From: Candidatus Latescibacterota bacterium
GTDB lineage: Bacteria; Latescibacterota; UBA2968; UBA8231
NCBI GenBank assembly: GCA_965248265.1
Contig: CBDFJF010000001.1
Location: 2,944,001 to 3,008,000, forward strand
DNA length: 64,000 bases
Direction: 5' to 3'
The notes under the pieces are model-generated. The model saw nothing but the letters and a program-made list of their open reading frames with translations. It was not told where the DNA came from and made no database searches. The position numbers were made by a program, and so were the translations under genes. Below, in pieces: positions 1 to 9,469 of the stretch. Position 1 is the stretch's first letter; every line of letters starts with the position of its first letter.

Positions 1-85
1 GGCACGAACAGGATCTTGGGAGCTATCGGGTGGGACCTGCAGAGCGAGCGGAGTTGGGCAAGGTGGTGAGGTAGGGGGGCCATCC

Positions 86-1435
86 TCAGGTAAAGAACTC
101 GGCGTACAGGGAGCGCACGGCAGCGGGCACATCCACTTCCTTGACCCCGAACATCATGCTGACTTCGCTGGATCCCTGGTTGATCATCTCGAGGTTGATG
201 TTGGCCTTCGCCAGCGCACCTGTGGCGCGGGCACAGAGTCCGATCGTGTGCTGCATACCTTCGCCGACGACCATGACCAGCGCCAGGCTGCGTTCCACCG
301 TCACTTCGTCAGCTTCCAGCTCCGTGCGAATACGGCGCAGGACTCGCTCCTCGACCGCGTGGGGGAAAAACTCCTCGCGCGCGATCACGGAAATGTTGTC
401 GATCCCCGACGGAGTATGCTCGAAGGGAATTGCTTCATCTTCGTAGATCTGCAGCAGGCGCCGGCCAAAACCAACCTCCCGGTTCATCAGGTAGCGGCTG
501 ACGTAGACGCTGCAGAACCCGCCCGTGGCAGCAATCCCTACGACTGGCTGGTCTCCGACCTCGCGCTCGCGGACGATGCGGGTGCCGGGGCCTTGCGGAT
601 TGTTCGTGTTCTTTACTTCCACCGCTATACCTGCATGAAAGACCGGTTCCAGCGCCTCATCGTGGAGCACGGAGAAGCCAGCATAAGACAGCTCGCGCAT
701 TTCCCGGTAGGTGATCTCCGCAACTGGTTTCGGATCATCGACGACACCGGGGTTGGCGGCGAACACGGAATCCACGTCGGTGAAGTTTTCGTACAGGTCC
801 GCATCGACGGCAGCGGCCAGGATGGCGCCGGTGATATCGGAGCCGCCGCGCGGAAAGGTGACCAGTTTTCCCGCTTCCGAATAGCCGAAGAAACCGGGAA
901 ACACGCTGATACCGGTGCGCTCGCGCAACTGTCGCAGCTTGCCGTAGGACTGGCGCAAGACTCGTGCGTTGCCGGGTTCATCCGACAGAATCATGCCGGC
1001 TTCACGCGGGTCGATGTAGTGGGCTTCGTGACCGCACTGACGCAGGTGCTCGGCCACCAGGCGAGCGCAGTTGGCCTCTCCCGCCGCTTTCATCCTGTCC
1101 GTGAACGAGGACTCGTCAGCCGGATCCTGTGACAGGCGGCCGTCGAGGTCTTCGACGACAGCCTGTATCGACTCCGGAGGCAGACTCAATCCAGAGGCGA
1201 TTTCGGCGAAGCGTTCCTTGACGCGGTCGAGCTCCGGTTCGCCGGAGTGATTGGTCAGGCGTGCATCCGCAGCCTCGATCAGCAGATCGGTCACCTTGGT
1301 GTCCGTCGCCGATCTCTTTCCCGGGGCCGATACCACGACCAGCCGGCGCTCTGGCTCGCTGGTGATGATGTCACACACCGACCTGATCAAGCCGGCGGTG
1401 GCCAGGGAGCTACCGCCGAATTTCGCCGTTTTCAT
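86..1435 (-). CDS. lysC: Aspartate kinase (two C-terminal ACT domains)
   Basis: KFGGSS, VVSAPGK, FPRGGSDITG and NQGSSE motifs. Start reassigned to ATG 1435 (MKTAKF), giving an ATGA overlap with the upstream stop. Confidence 0.95.
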   Translation of the reverse strand: MKTAKFGGSSLATAGLIRSVCDIITSEPERRLVVVSAPGKRSATDTKVTDLLIEAADARLTNHSGEPELDRVKERFAEIASGLSLPPESIQAVVEDLDGRLSQDPADESSFTDRMKAAGEANCARLVAEHLRQCGHEAHYIDPREAGMILSDEPGNARVLRQSYGKLRQLRERTGISVFPGFFGYSEAGKLVTFPRGGSDITGAILAAAVDADLYENFTDVDSVFAANPGVVDDPKPVAEITYREMRELSYAGFSVLHDEALEPVFHAGIAVEVKNTNNPQGPGTRIVREREVGDQPVVGIAATGGFCSVYVSRYLMNREVGFGRRLLQIYEDEAIPFEHTPSGIDNISVIAREEFFPHAVEERVLRRIRTELEADEVTVERSLALVMVVGEGMQHTIGLCARATGALAKANINLEMINQGSSEVSMMFGVKEVDVPAAVRSLYAEFFT

Positions 1436-2361
1436 TCCCCAATCAACTCCGGAAAATACTCCGTGCACCAATTCTGTAACTGCTCCACATCGTCCATGCT
1501 GGCTGGCGGGTAGGGACCGCGATTGCGCAAACCCGCTCGCAAAAAGCTGGTCAGACGTCCGCCGATGCGGGCGAATGCCGTCTCCGTCAATCCCTTCACA
1601 ACCAGGGCGGCCGCCATAAATTCGCGCAAGGCCCGCAACTTGGTGCAAGTCCCCTCCACCCGGTCCCACTCGCCTTCGTGCAGATCCTGCCATAGCCGCA
1701 AAAACAGAGGTGGGTTCCAGTAGACGAGTTCGGAGCAGCTGCCGCGGACGCCACTGCGACCCAGATGGGCCCACTCCTGCTCATTGGCGAACACGGTCAC
1801 GAAGTCAGAAAGTGCCTGGCATCCCTCGGGAGAGTGGCCCAGCGTTCCCTCATCGACGGCCACCATCTCGTAGTTGGGCACGGCCTCCTTGATCGCCTGG
1901 TGCTGCGCCAGGGTCAGGGCCTTGCGATGACGCTTGGTCTCGAAGATCGACAACGTAATGTGGCCGCAGGCCCGTGACACGTCGCGAAAAAACCCGACAA
2001 CCTGCTCCTCTCCCACCTCCATCCAGAAAGGCAACCCCACCTGAATGGCGTTGGCCCCCGAGTCGGCTGCCCACTCGGCCCGCAGCATGGCACCCTCAGT
2101 GTAGGTGGCCGTACATCCAACCATGGTCGGAATGCCGCGATTGCGACACTCTTCGATCATGGCCTGATTGAGCAGCTTGAACTCTTCCAGCTCCATGGCG
2201 TAGAACTCACCCCCTGGCATCCCGCTACAGATACCGGGGATTCCCGCCTCACAGCAGGAAACCACGTCGGCGCGGTATGTGGCCTCGTCGAACTGATCCT
2301 CGTCCGTCCACGGAACCGGGAGGGCGGCCCATGGGCCGCTGAATTTGCTCTGTTCGGCCAT
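1432..2361 (-). CDS. DapA/NAL-family TIM-barrel protein lacking the catalytic residues
   Basis: ALPVPW..D, GEFYAM, MVGC and GANAIQVGLPFW match the family layout. GTTGE, the catalytic Tyr and the Schiff-base Lys positions are substituted. Start taken at ATG 2361 (MAEQSKF). Confidence 0.85.
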   Translation of the reverse strand: MAEQSKFSGPWAALPVPWTDEDQFDEATYRADVVSCCEAGIPGICSGMPGGEFYAMELEEFKLLNQAMIEECRNRGIPTMVGCTATYTEGAMLRAEWAADSGANAIQVGLPFWMEVGEEQVVGFFRDVSRACGHITLSIFETKRHRKALTLAQHQAIKEAVPNYEMVAVDEGTLGHSPEGCQALSDFVTVFANEQEWAHLGRSGVRGSCSELVYWNPPLFLRLWQDLHEGEWDRVEGTCTKLRALREFMAAALVVKGLTETAFARIGGRLTSFLRAGLRNRGPYPPASMDDVEQLQNWCTEYFPELIGE

Positions 2362-2537
2362 CAGCTGCTTCGAATGGAAGGCACTGTAGAGACTGCACTT
2401 ACCTTTTCCAAGATAAGAAAATGAAAAAACCACGGGTAACAGACGCAACTGAATCCCGTTTTGGCTGCTCTGCGATGTGACGTTGGTCCATCGCAAGACT
2501 CGGCGGTCAGGTGAATGAAGGGGACTCACAGCTGATT

Positions 2538-2700
2538 TGTGGAAAGATCATTCAACACAGGTGTGGAAGATGTGGATAAACAGGACCCAGATGGGTATTC
2601 GAGACCAGAAAAATGAGGCCTTACCGTCTGTCTATAAAAGAGTTATCTTCATTTCTCAGGTTGTCCACAAAACCGTCTGTCTTATCCACATTTATCCACA
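2538..2700. promoter_or_regulatory. DnaA-box cluster outside oriC with a central IHF-like site
   Basis: Perfect boxes at 2571-2579, 2682-2690 and 2692-2700. Near-matches at 2538-2546, 2562-2570 and 2661-2669. TATAAAAGAGTTA at 2633-2645. Confidence 0.8.
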
Positions 2701-2736
2701 CCCACCGCCGGCTATCTGACTAAAACGAAATCTCTC

Positions 2737-4533
2737 ATGCGCAAATTGAGCGACCGGTTGATCTGGCTGGAAGACACCTGCAGCATCTATGCCATCCTCG
2801 GCGATGACGCGACGACATTGATCGACTGCGGCACCCATATGTCGCCTGGTTCCCAATCGGCGCGAACCTTGCCACAGGTCGAGCAGGTTTTGCTCACTCA
2901 CTTCCACCGCGACCAATGCTCATCGGCTCATACCTGGGAGCGTCAGGGGGCCCAGATTATCGCACCGTTTGTCGAGCGCCGCCTTGTTGAGGAAGCTGAC
3001 TTGCTGCGGGCCGGCTATGACCTCTTCGACAACTACACTTCCTACTATCCCTGCTTCAGCCCGCTGGCGGACCTCGAGAAAAGCCGGTTTGCCTTCGATT
3101 ACAACACCATCAACTGGCAGGATCTTTCCTTCGAGGTCGTCCCCTTGCCCGGTCACACCGTCGGCGGAAGCGGTTATCTGTTCGAGATTGACGGCCGCAG
3201 AGTGCTCGCCTGTGGCGATCTCTTGTATGCACCAGGTAAGATGCGCGATTACTACTGGTGTCAGTGGAAGTACATGGACTTTCAGGGCCACGTGAACCTG
3301 ATCGAAAGCCTCGATACAGTCGCCGCCCTCCATGTAGACCTGATCTTGCCGGGGCATGGCGAACCCTTCGAGTCGGGTCCACAGGCCATCGATGGGTTGC
3401 GGGCCGATCTGGCCGAGATCTGGGAAATGTTCAATGGAACCCCCTACCAGCGATTCCAGCCGCAGTTTCGCGAGCTCAGCCCTCATGTGTTCGAGGTAAC
3501 CAACTCGTCGGCCAACAGCTACATCGTCCGCGACGATGAAGGCCATGGCCTGTTCATCGACTGTGGTTACACCTCCAACGCCCCGATAGGCGCTAACCCA
3601 CACCGCTTCATCGATCACATAACGCCACATCTGGAATCCGAGCTGGGAATCCGCACGGTCGAGTTTTTTCTGCCCACGCACTACCATGACGACCACCTGG
3701 CCGGGTACCCGGCGCTGCGGGCTCGCTATGACACCCAGGTGGTATCGTCGATGGCCTGCCGCGATCTGTTGCAGAATCCAGAGCGTTATGACATGCCCTG
3801 TCTGGTACCGCAGGGCCTGACCGTGACACGAGCGGTGATGCCGGCGGAGCCCTTCGATTGGCGCGGCCTCCATTTCTTCATCGAGCCTCATCCCGGCCAG
3901 ACGGTCTACGACCAGCACATCCGCTTCAACGTCGATGGCCGGACCTACGTGGCGATGGGTGATGCGATTTCCGGGAAATCCTTCAGGGAGATTGGACGGG
4001 AATACATTCACTCCTTCATTCCCAAGAACAGGACGCCGTTGTCAACCTACGCCAGCATTCCTCAACGGATTCTCGCACATCGGCCGGACGTGTTGTTGAC
4101 CGGCCATGGTGGCGCCGTCGATTGTGATGCGGAAAAAATGGAAGAGTGGAATAGTTGGATGCAGCGCTGGCAAGCGCTGTTCACGAAGGTCGTGGGGAGG
4201 GAGCATGCCGATGCGGGCATGGACCCGCGTTGGATCGAGTTTTATCCCTACAAAACACGTGTCCACCCCGGAGAGAAGCGTGACTTCCATGTGTGGATGA
4301 AGAACCACGAGCCGCAGCCCAGCTCATGCATGCTGCGCTTTCGCTCCGTTGAGGGAGTCGAAATCGATCCCGTCCAGATCGAGTTACAGCTCGAGGCCGG
4401 GGAAAAGACCGTGCGCGAGATCCACGTCCACTTTCCGCAGTCCTTTCAGACCCATTCCCTTACCATTCTGGCCGACGTCACCTGGAACGGCAACGCGCTC
4501 GGAGAGATCGCCGAAGCCATCGCCTACTGGTAA
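2737..4533 (+). CDS. MBL-fold metallo-hydrolase with two tandem MBL domains
   Basis: Domain 1 has IDCG, THFHRD, PGHT, GD and PGHG. Domain 2 has IDCG, THYHDDH, GD and TGHG. A beta-rich C-terminal domain follows. Confidence 0.85.
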   Translation: MRKLSDRLIWLEDTCSIYAILGDDATTLIDCGTHMSPGSQSARTLPQVEQVLLTHFHRDQCSSAHTWERQGAQIIAPFVERRLVEEADLLRAGYDLFDNYTSYYPCFSPLADLEKSRFAFDYNTINWQDLSFEVVPLPGHTVGGSGYLFEIDGRRVLACGDLLYAPGKMRDYYWCQWKYMDFQGHVNLIESLDTVAALHVDLILPGHGEPFESGPQAIDGLRADLAEIWEMFNGTPYQRFQPQFRELSPHVFEVTNSSANSYIVRDDEGHGLFIDCGYTSNAPIGANPHRFIDHITPHLESELGIRTVEFFLPTHYHDDHLAGYPALRARYDTQVVSSMACRDLLQNPERYDMPCLVPQGLTVTRAVMPAEPFDWRGLHFFIEPHPGQTVYDQHIRFNVDGRTYVAMGDAISGKSFREIGREYIHSFIPKNRTPLSTYASIPQRILAHRPDVLLTGHGGAVDCDAEKMEEWNSWMQRWQALFTKVVGREHADAGMDPRWIEFYPYKTRVHPGEKRDFHVWMKNHEPQPSSCMLRFRSVEGVEIDPVQIELQLEAGEKTVREIHVHFPQSFQTHSLTILADVTWNGNALGEIAEAIAYW

Positions 4534-4553
4534 AGGGAGGACCCTCCGGGTCC

Positions 4554-5972
4554 TCAGGACCATTTGGCGGTCCCGGGACCCTCCAGCCGATTCAGCCCGT
4601 TTAAAGCCGCGATTCTGTAGCCTTCAGCGAAGGTTGGATAGTTGAAGATCGTGTCGACGAAGTAGTCGGCCTTGACTCGCAGGTTGATCGCCATCTGCCC
4701 GATCGGAATGAGCTCCGTCGCCATGGTACCGATGATGTGGACGGCCAGCATTTCAAGCGTCTGAGCGTGGAAGATGAGCTTGATCATCCCCTGGGTGTCG
4801 CCGGCTATCGGTCCGCGCGCCATTTCGGAATAGAGCGCCCGACCGACCTCGTAATGCACTCCGATATCCTTCAGTTCTTCTTCCGTCGGCCCCACGCTGG
4901 AGATTTCTGGAATAGTGTAGATCCCGTAGGGAAAGAATTCGGGGAAGTGATGACTTTTGATCATCAGGGCGTTGCGGATCGCCAGACGACCCTGCTCCAC
5001 GGATGTGGATGCCAGCGCCGGCGGCCCGATGACATCCCCTGCGCCATAAATGTGCGGTTGAGTGGTCTGAAACAGCGCGTTCACGGGAATGTATCCCAGC
5101 TTGTCCAGCTCGATTCCCGCCTTGTCCAATCCGAGCCCATCGACGTTGGCGATACGGCCCATGGAATAGAACAGGCGGTCCGCCACCAGACTGCCCCCCT
5201 CCTTGAGCACGACCTCCGCTCTGCCATCGGCGCTCTTGCGCAACGCATCGATGCCCTCGCCCAGTCTCACGGACAATCCCGACATCTGGTGTATGTAGTC
5301 GGCGAATGCTTGGGATATTTCCAGGTCCAGCATCCGCAGCAGGTCGTCGCGCCGGTCCATGAGAATGACCTCGATGCCCAGGGCCGCGAACATGGTGGCG
5401 TACTCACAGCCGATGATCCCACCGCCCAATATGATCAGTGACTTGGGCAGGCTGTTCATGCGGAAGATCTCATCGGAATCCAGGAACAGGTCGGGCTCTT
5501 CTGGCAGGTCGATGGGGTGGCGCGGTCTGGACCCAGTGGAGATGAGGACCTTGTCGGCCTCGAAGCGGGCGCTCACCTGGCCGGCCTCATTCATGACTTC
5601 AACAATGTGCTCGTCCGTGAAGTGTGCCGTTCCGAAGGCGGTGCCAATATCGTTTGCCTCGCATTGCTCGCTCAGAACCCGATTCTCATCCTCGATCACC
5701 TTGTTTACGCGTGACCTGAGTTCATCGAAGGATATCTCGTGCTGAGGTCCCTCGCCTCCGTGGTACCCCGAGTGAATGAAACCGGTCATATCCAGAATGG
5801 CCTGACGCAGAGCCTTCGACGGTACGGTGCCATGGTTGAGGCAGGCACCACCAAGCAACCCGAGGCGATCGGCGACGACGACCTTGAGACCCCCCTTGGC
5901 TCCCTGGATGGCTCCCTTCTGCCCGGCGGGTCCTGCCCCGATCACGAGTAGATCCACTTGCTCCGTCTTCAT
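4554..5972 (-). CDS. sthA: Soluble pyridine nucleotide transhydrogenase
   Basis: GAGPAG FAD motif. GGACLNHGTVPSK is the CxxxxT form typical of SthA. GGGIIG and FNYPTFAE are present. Confidence 0.88.
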   Translation of the reverse strand: MKTEQVDLLVIGAGPAGQKGAIQGAKGGLKVVVADRLGLLGGACLNHGTVPSKALRQAILDMTGFIHSGYHGGEGPQHEISFDELRSRVNKVIEDENRVLSEQCEANDIGTAFGTAHFTDEHIVEVMNEAGQVSARFEADKVLISTGSRPRHPIDLPEEPDLFLDSDEIFRMNSLPKSLIILGGGIIGCEYATMFAALGIEVILMDRRDDLLRMLDLEISQAFADYIHQMSGLSVRLGEGIDALRKSADGRAEVVLKEGGSLVADRLFYSMGRIANVDGLGLDKAGIELDKLGYIPVNALFQTTQPHIYGAGDVIGPPALASTSVEQGRLAIRNALMIKSHHFPEFFPYGIYTIPEISSVGPTEEELKDIGVHYEVGRALYSEMARGPIAGDTQGMIKLIFHAQTLEMLAVHIIGTMATELIPIGQMAINLRVKADYFVDTIFNYPTFAEGYRIAALNGLNRLEGPGTAKWS

Positions 5973-7318
5973 CTACCTGCTCCTGTGTATGATTCTATCA
6001 CGGGCTGGTCCTCTCCCGTCTCCACCATGCGCCGCTGCAGCCGTACCCGTAAATCTTCCTTCACCTGCCCCAAACTCTCCTTGCCCACCAGGTTCTCGAG
6101 TTCATACGGATCAGACTGCAGATCGTACAGAAACTGCTCAACGTAGCGCGGCGACGCCATCTCCCACCGCCCATCCACTCCGGGCGCGTCAACGCCGTAC
6201 TTCCATCGACGCGTGCGCACTGCCCGACCGGTTTGTGATTCACTGACCTGAACCAACACCTCTTCAGGCCACCCATCTCGATCTCCCCTTAACAACGGCA
6301 ATATGGAGCGCCCGGCCATCTGCTCCGGCACCTGTAGACCGGCCGCGTCCAATAGGGTCGGAGGCAGGTCGATGAGGCTGATCAGCTCATGCACCATGCC
6401 GCCGCTGCGAAAGCCGTGTCCAGCCAGCATGGTGGGCACACGTATGGAGCTTTCGTGACATGAACGCTTGTACTCACTGTTACGTGTGCGGAAGTGACAG
6501 CCGTGATCGGAGGTCTGCAGCAACACCGTATCCTCTTCAAGACCGAGACTGACCAACGCATCCCACACCCGACCCAGGGCTTCGTCAAGGCGTTTGACCT
6601 GACCGTAGTAACCGCCCAGGTGACGGTGCGCTGAGCCTCCAAGGGCTGCCAGATCCGGCGGCATCCAACCACCGGTGAAACGCTCACGGTAGCCCTCGGG
6701 AGGGGGATAGTCATCTACATCGTTTTGATGATGAGGCTCGATGAATGAGAGAAACAGGAAGAAGGGATCCTCTTTCTTGGCATCGATATAGCGTATGGCG
6801 GCATCGGCCAACGCATCGACCCGGTAGCCGGGCAGCTTCACTTCGTTGCCCTGGCTATCATACAGGACGGTGTCGTACTCGTGTGAAGTAAACTCCAGGA
6901 CGTTCGACGCCAGCCAATAGTCGTACCCAAAGCGACGATCCGCCGGCACTGGGCCGTGAACGCTTGAATCATGCAAATGCCATTTGCCGATGTACCCGGT
7001 CTGATATCCCGCCTCGGCAAAATAGTGTGCCAGCGTGCGGCTATGCGCCGGCAAGGGGATGCCGTTTCGGTAGCATCCTGTCGATGTCGCGTACTGGCCG
7101 GTCTGCATGCAGGAGCGGGCAGGGCCGCAAACGGGCTGGCATGTGAAGGAGTGCGCGACATGCGTATGTGCGTGGGCGAGTCGGTCGAAATTCGGCGTTA
7201 ACCCCATCGGGTTGCCGTGCAGCCCGGTCGTGTCCCAGCGCTGCTGATCGGTGAGGAAGAGGACGACGTTCGGCCGCTGGCCCTGTCGGCCGTGCTCAGT
7301 ACCCGCCGAGAGTGGCAT
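5969..7318 (-). CDS. Cys-type (formylglycine) sulfatase
   Basis: PNVVLFLTDQQR, CGPAR (CxPxR), GKWHL, SDHG and LYDL..DPYE. Start is 7318 or 7330. Confidence 0.92.
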   Translation of the reverse strand: MPLSAGTEHGRQGQRPNVVLFLTDQQRWDTTGLHGNPMGLTPNFDRLAHAHTHVAHSFTCQPVCGPARSCMQTGQYATSTGCYRNGIPLPAHSRTLAHYFAEAGYQTGYIGKWHLHDSSVHGPVPADRRFGYDYWLASNVLEFTSHEYDTVLYDSQGNEVKLPGYRVDALADAAIRYIDAKKEDPFFLFLSFIEPHHQNDVDDYPPPEGYRERFTGGWMPPDLAALGGSAHRHLGGYYGQVKRLDEALGRVWDALVSLGLEEDTVLLQTSDHGCHFRTRNSEYKRSCHESSIRVPTMLAGHGFRSGGMVHELISLIDLPPTLLDAAGLQVPEQMAGRSILPLLRGDRDGWPEEVLVQVSESQTGRAVRTRRWKYGVDAPGVDGRWEMASPRYVEQFLYDLQSDPYELENLVGKESLGQVKEDLRVRLQRRMVETGEDQPVIESYTGAGR

Positions 7319-8633
7319 TCGCGTCTTCATCCAGCTTCTTGAGCGCCTGGTCGATGTCAGCGCCCTGGGCTACTGCCACCACGACCTGCTCGACGTTGCG
7401 GCGAACTACCTGGTACCCGGCCATGTTGGGCTCGGACTTGCCGAAGGGCAGCAGCTCAAAGACCGTCCGGTACCTCGGGTACTCCTCGAAGTAGGCGTTG
7501 AGTTCCTCCACCATGCTGTGTCGCACCGGGAAGTAATTGCTGGCCCGTGCCCAACGCGCCTGCTGCGCCGGAGCCGTGAACCACTTCAGGAACAGCCATG
7601 ATGCCAACTCCTCATGCGGGGTGGCGCGGCAAACGGACAAGCTGGCGCCGTACACGTTCATGACAGGTTGATCACCGACGTACGGCGGCGGTGCGACCTG
7701 CCAGTCGAAGGACAACCCCCCCTCCTCGATGGCGCTGCGCACGAACGGAAGTCCAGAGGAGGACCGGATCATGAACAGACTCGTCCCCACGACGAATTCC
7801 TCCTGGTCGCCGTAGGGACCGCTCATCAGTTCGGCTGCATCCTCCCCGATCAATGTCTGCATCAACTCCAGGGCTTGCCGGGCTTGAGGCGAGTCGAACT
7901 GGTAGCGGCCGTCGTTCACCAGTTCACCGCCGCGGCTGTACACCATCGTCGCCAGCCTGCTCGCGTCCCAATCGTAGATGAACCCCAGGCTCCGCTCCTT
8001 GTGCTCGGATCGGCTGAACGGCCGGTCACGGGCAAGACTGCACAGACGCGCGAACTTCGGCCACGTCCGCGGCGGTTCGCGCTCACCCAACTCGGCCAGC
8101 CAATCGGCGTTGTAGTACATGATTTCGAGCGATCTATTGGGCGGAAAACCGATTTGCGCCCCGTCTCCGGCTCGGTCCTGATCCATGAAGCTGGCGATGT
8201 AATCGGCTCGTTGCTCTGCCGTCAACCCCCAGCGTGACGAACCGATATAGCGATTCAAGTCGACGAGCCCGTCGGCTTCGTGGTACAGCAACGCTTGATT
8301 CTGGTAGGCGACGAGCAGATTCGGCAGCGCCCCTCCCTGTAACCCCGTCATCATCTTGTTGTAGATATCGCCGTAGTTACCCGAATACTCCCCCTGAACC
8401 GTGATGCCGAGTCCGTTCGATTCGTTGAACTCAGCGATCATCTTCTGCAGCTCTTCCTCACGTTCACGCGAGTGCTGGTACCAGAAAACCACCTTGACTG
8501 GTTGATCAGCACTCAACTCGATGGCGTCTGGATCGACCATGACGTCGCTTTTCCCACGGCCACCGCCTCCGCAAGCCAGTAGAAGGCATTGGGCAAGCAT
8601 GAAACCCGTCCTCACGAGAACCCGCATCGTCAC
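7296..8633 (-). CDS. Carbohydrate ABC transporter substrate-binding lipoprotein
   Basis: Lipobox LLAC. CUT1/UgpB-like features (FWY, FLKWFT..QQARWA..SNYFP). Follows two permeases. Confidence 0.88.
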   Translation of the reverse strand: MTMRVLVRTGFMLAQCLLLACGGGGRGKSDVMVDPDAIELSADQPVKVVFWYQHSREREEELQKMIAEFNESNGLGITVQGEYSGNYGDIYNKMMTGLQGGALPNLLVAYQNQALLYHEADGLVDLNRYIGSSRWGLTAEQRADYIASFMDQDRAGDGAQIGFPPNRSLEIMYYNADWLAELGEREPPRTWPKFARLCSLARDRPFSRSEHKERSLGFIYDWDASRLATMVYSRGGELVNDGRYQFDSPQARQALELMQTLIGEDAAELMSGPYGDQEEFVVGTSLFMIRSSSGLPFVRSAIEEGGLSFDWQVAPPPYVGDQPVMNVYGASLSVCRATPHEELASWLFLKWFTAPAQQARWARASNYFPVRHSMVEELNAYFEEYPRYRTVFELLPFGKSEPNMAGYQVVRRNVEQVVVAVAQGADIDQALKKLDEDANATLGGY

Positions 8634-9469
8634 CCCTTCGTTCCTGACATCGATATGCCCTCAGTAAACTCCTTCTGGATCAATGCGTACAACAGCAGCA
8701 CTGGAATCGTAGCGATCACAGCGCCGGCCATTTGCAGATGCACCTCGGCGCCTGCCTCACTGACGAACTTCAGCAGCGCCACGGAGATCGGCCTCCACTC
8801 CGGGGTGTTTGTCACCAGCAGAGGCCATCCCAGCGCGTTCCAGGAACCGATGAAGGTCAACATACCCACCGTCAGCAACGGCGCGCGACACAAGGGTAAT
8901 ACTATCTGGAAGAGAAATCGCAGGTGTCCTGCCCCGTCGATGCGGGCCGCCTCCCACAACTCGGTAGGGATACCACGCATGAATTGCCGCAACAGGAAGA
9001 TGGTGAAGGCGCTGGCCATGAACGGAATGGTCAGGGCGGGCCAGTTGTTGATCCAGCCGATAGGAGTATGCTGATGCAGCCAGGTCACAGTGAGGAAGTT
9101 GGGCACCATCGTCACCGTCTCCGGGACCATGAGCGTGGCGAGAATGATGATGAAGACGGCTTCTCGGCCGCGAAAGGTCATTCTCGCCAACGGGTAGGCG
9201 GCCATCAGCGAAAACAGCAGCGTGCCGCCGACCTGGAGCGCCGCGATGATGAGAGAATTCTCGAAGTACGAGCCGAAGTCTTCCTCACTCCAGGCCTTAA
9301 CGTAGTTATCCCATTGAATGTGCTCGGGCAAGAACACTCGCCTGAGCGTCTCGCTCCTCGTCATCATGGACGCCAACAGCATCCAGACGAAAGGAAGTGC
9401 GGCGATGAGTCCACCACCCACCAACCCGACCGTGAGCACGATCTTCTTCTTGTTGCGGCCGGTGTCCAT
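8630..9469 (-). CDS. Carbohydrate ABC transporter permease (MalG-like)
   Basis: EAARIDGAG EAA loop and transmembrane segments. Confidence 0.92.
   Translation of the reverse strand: MDTGRNKKKIVLTVGLVGGGLIAALPFVWMLLASMMTRSETLRRVFLPEHIQWDNYVKAWSEEDFGSYFENSLIIAALQVGGTLLFSLMAAYPLARMTFRGREAVFIIILATLMVPETVTMVPNFLTVTWLHQHTPIGWINNWPALTIPFMASAFTIFLLRQFMRGIPTELWEAARIDGAGHLRFLFQIVLPLCRAPLLTVGMLTFIGSWNALGWPLLVTNTPEWRPISVALLKFVSEAGAEVHLQMAGAVIATIPVLLLYALIQKEFTEGISMSGTKG

Noticed and set aside
1436-1774. 113-aa N-terminal extension of aspartokinase in the ORF track
   Set aside because: It overlaps the upstream gene. The family motif begins at MKTAKFGG (1435) with a clean ATGA coupling.
2362-2537. Possible lysine riboswitch upstream of the lysC operon
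   Set aside because: No L-box core motifs or matching multi-stem layout recognised; only a small hairpin.
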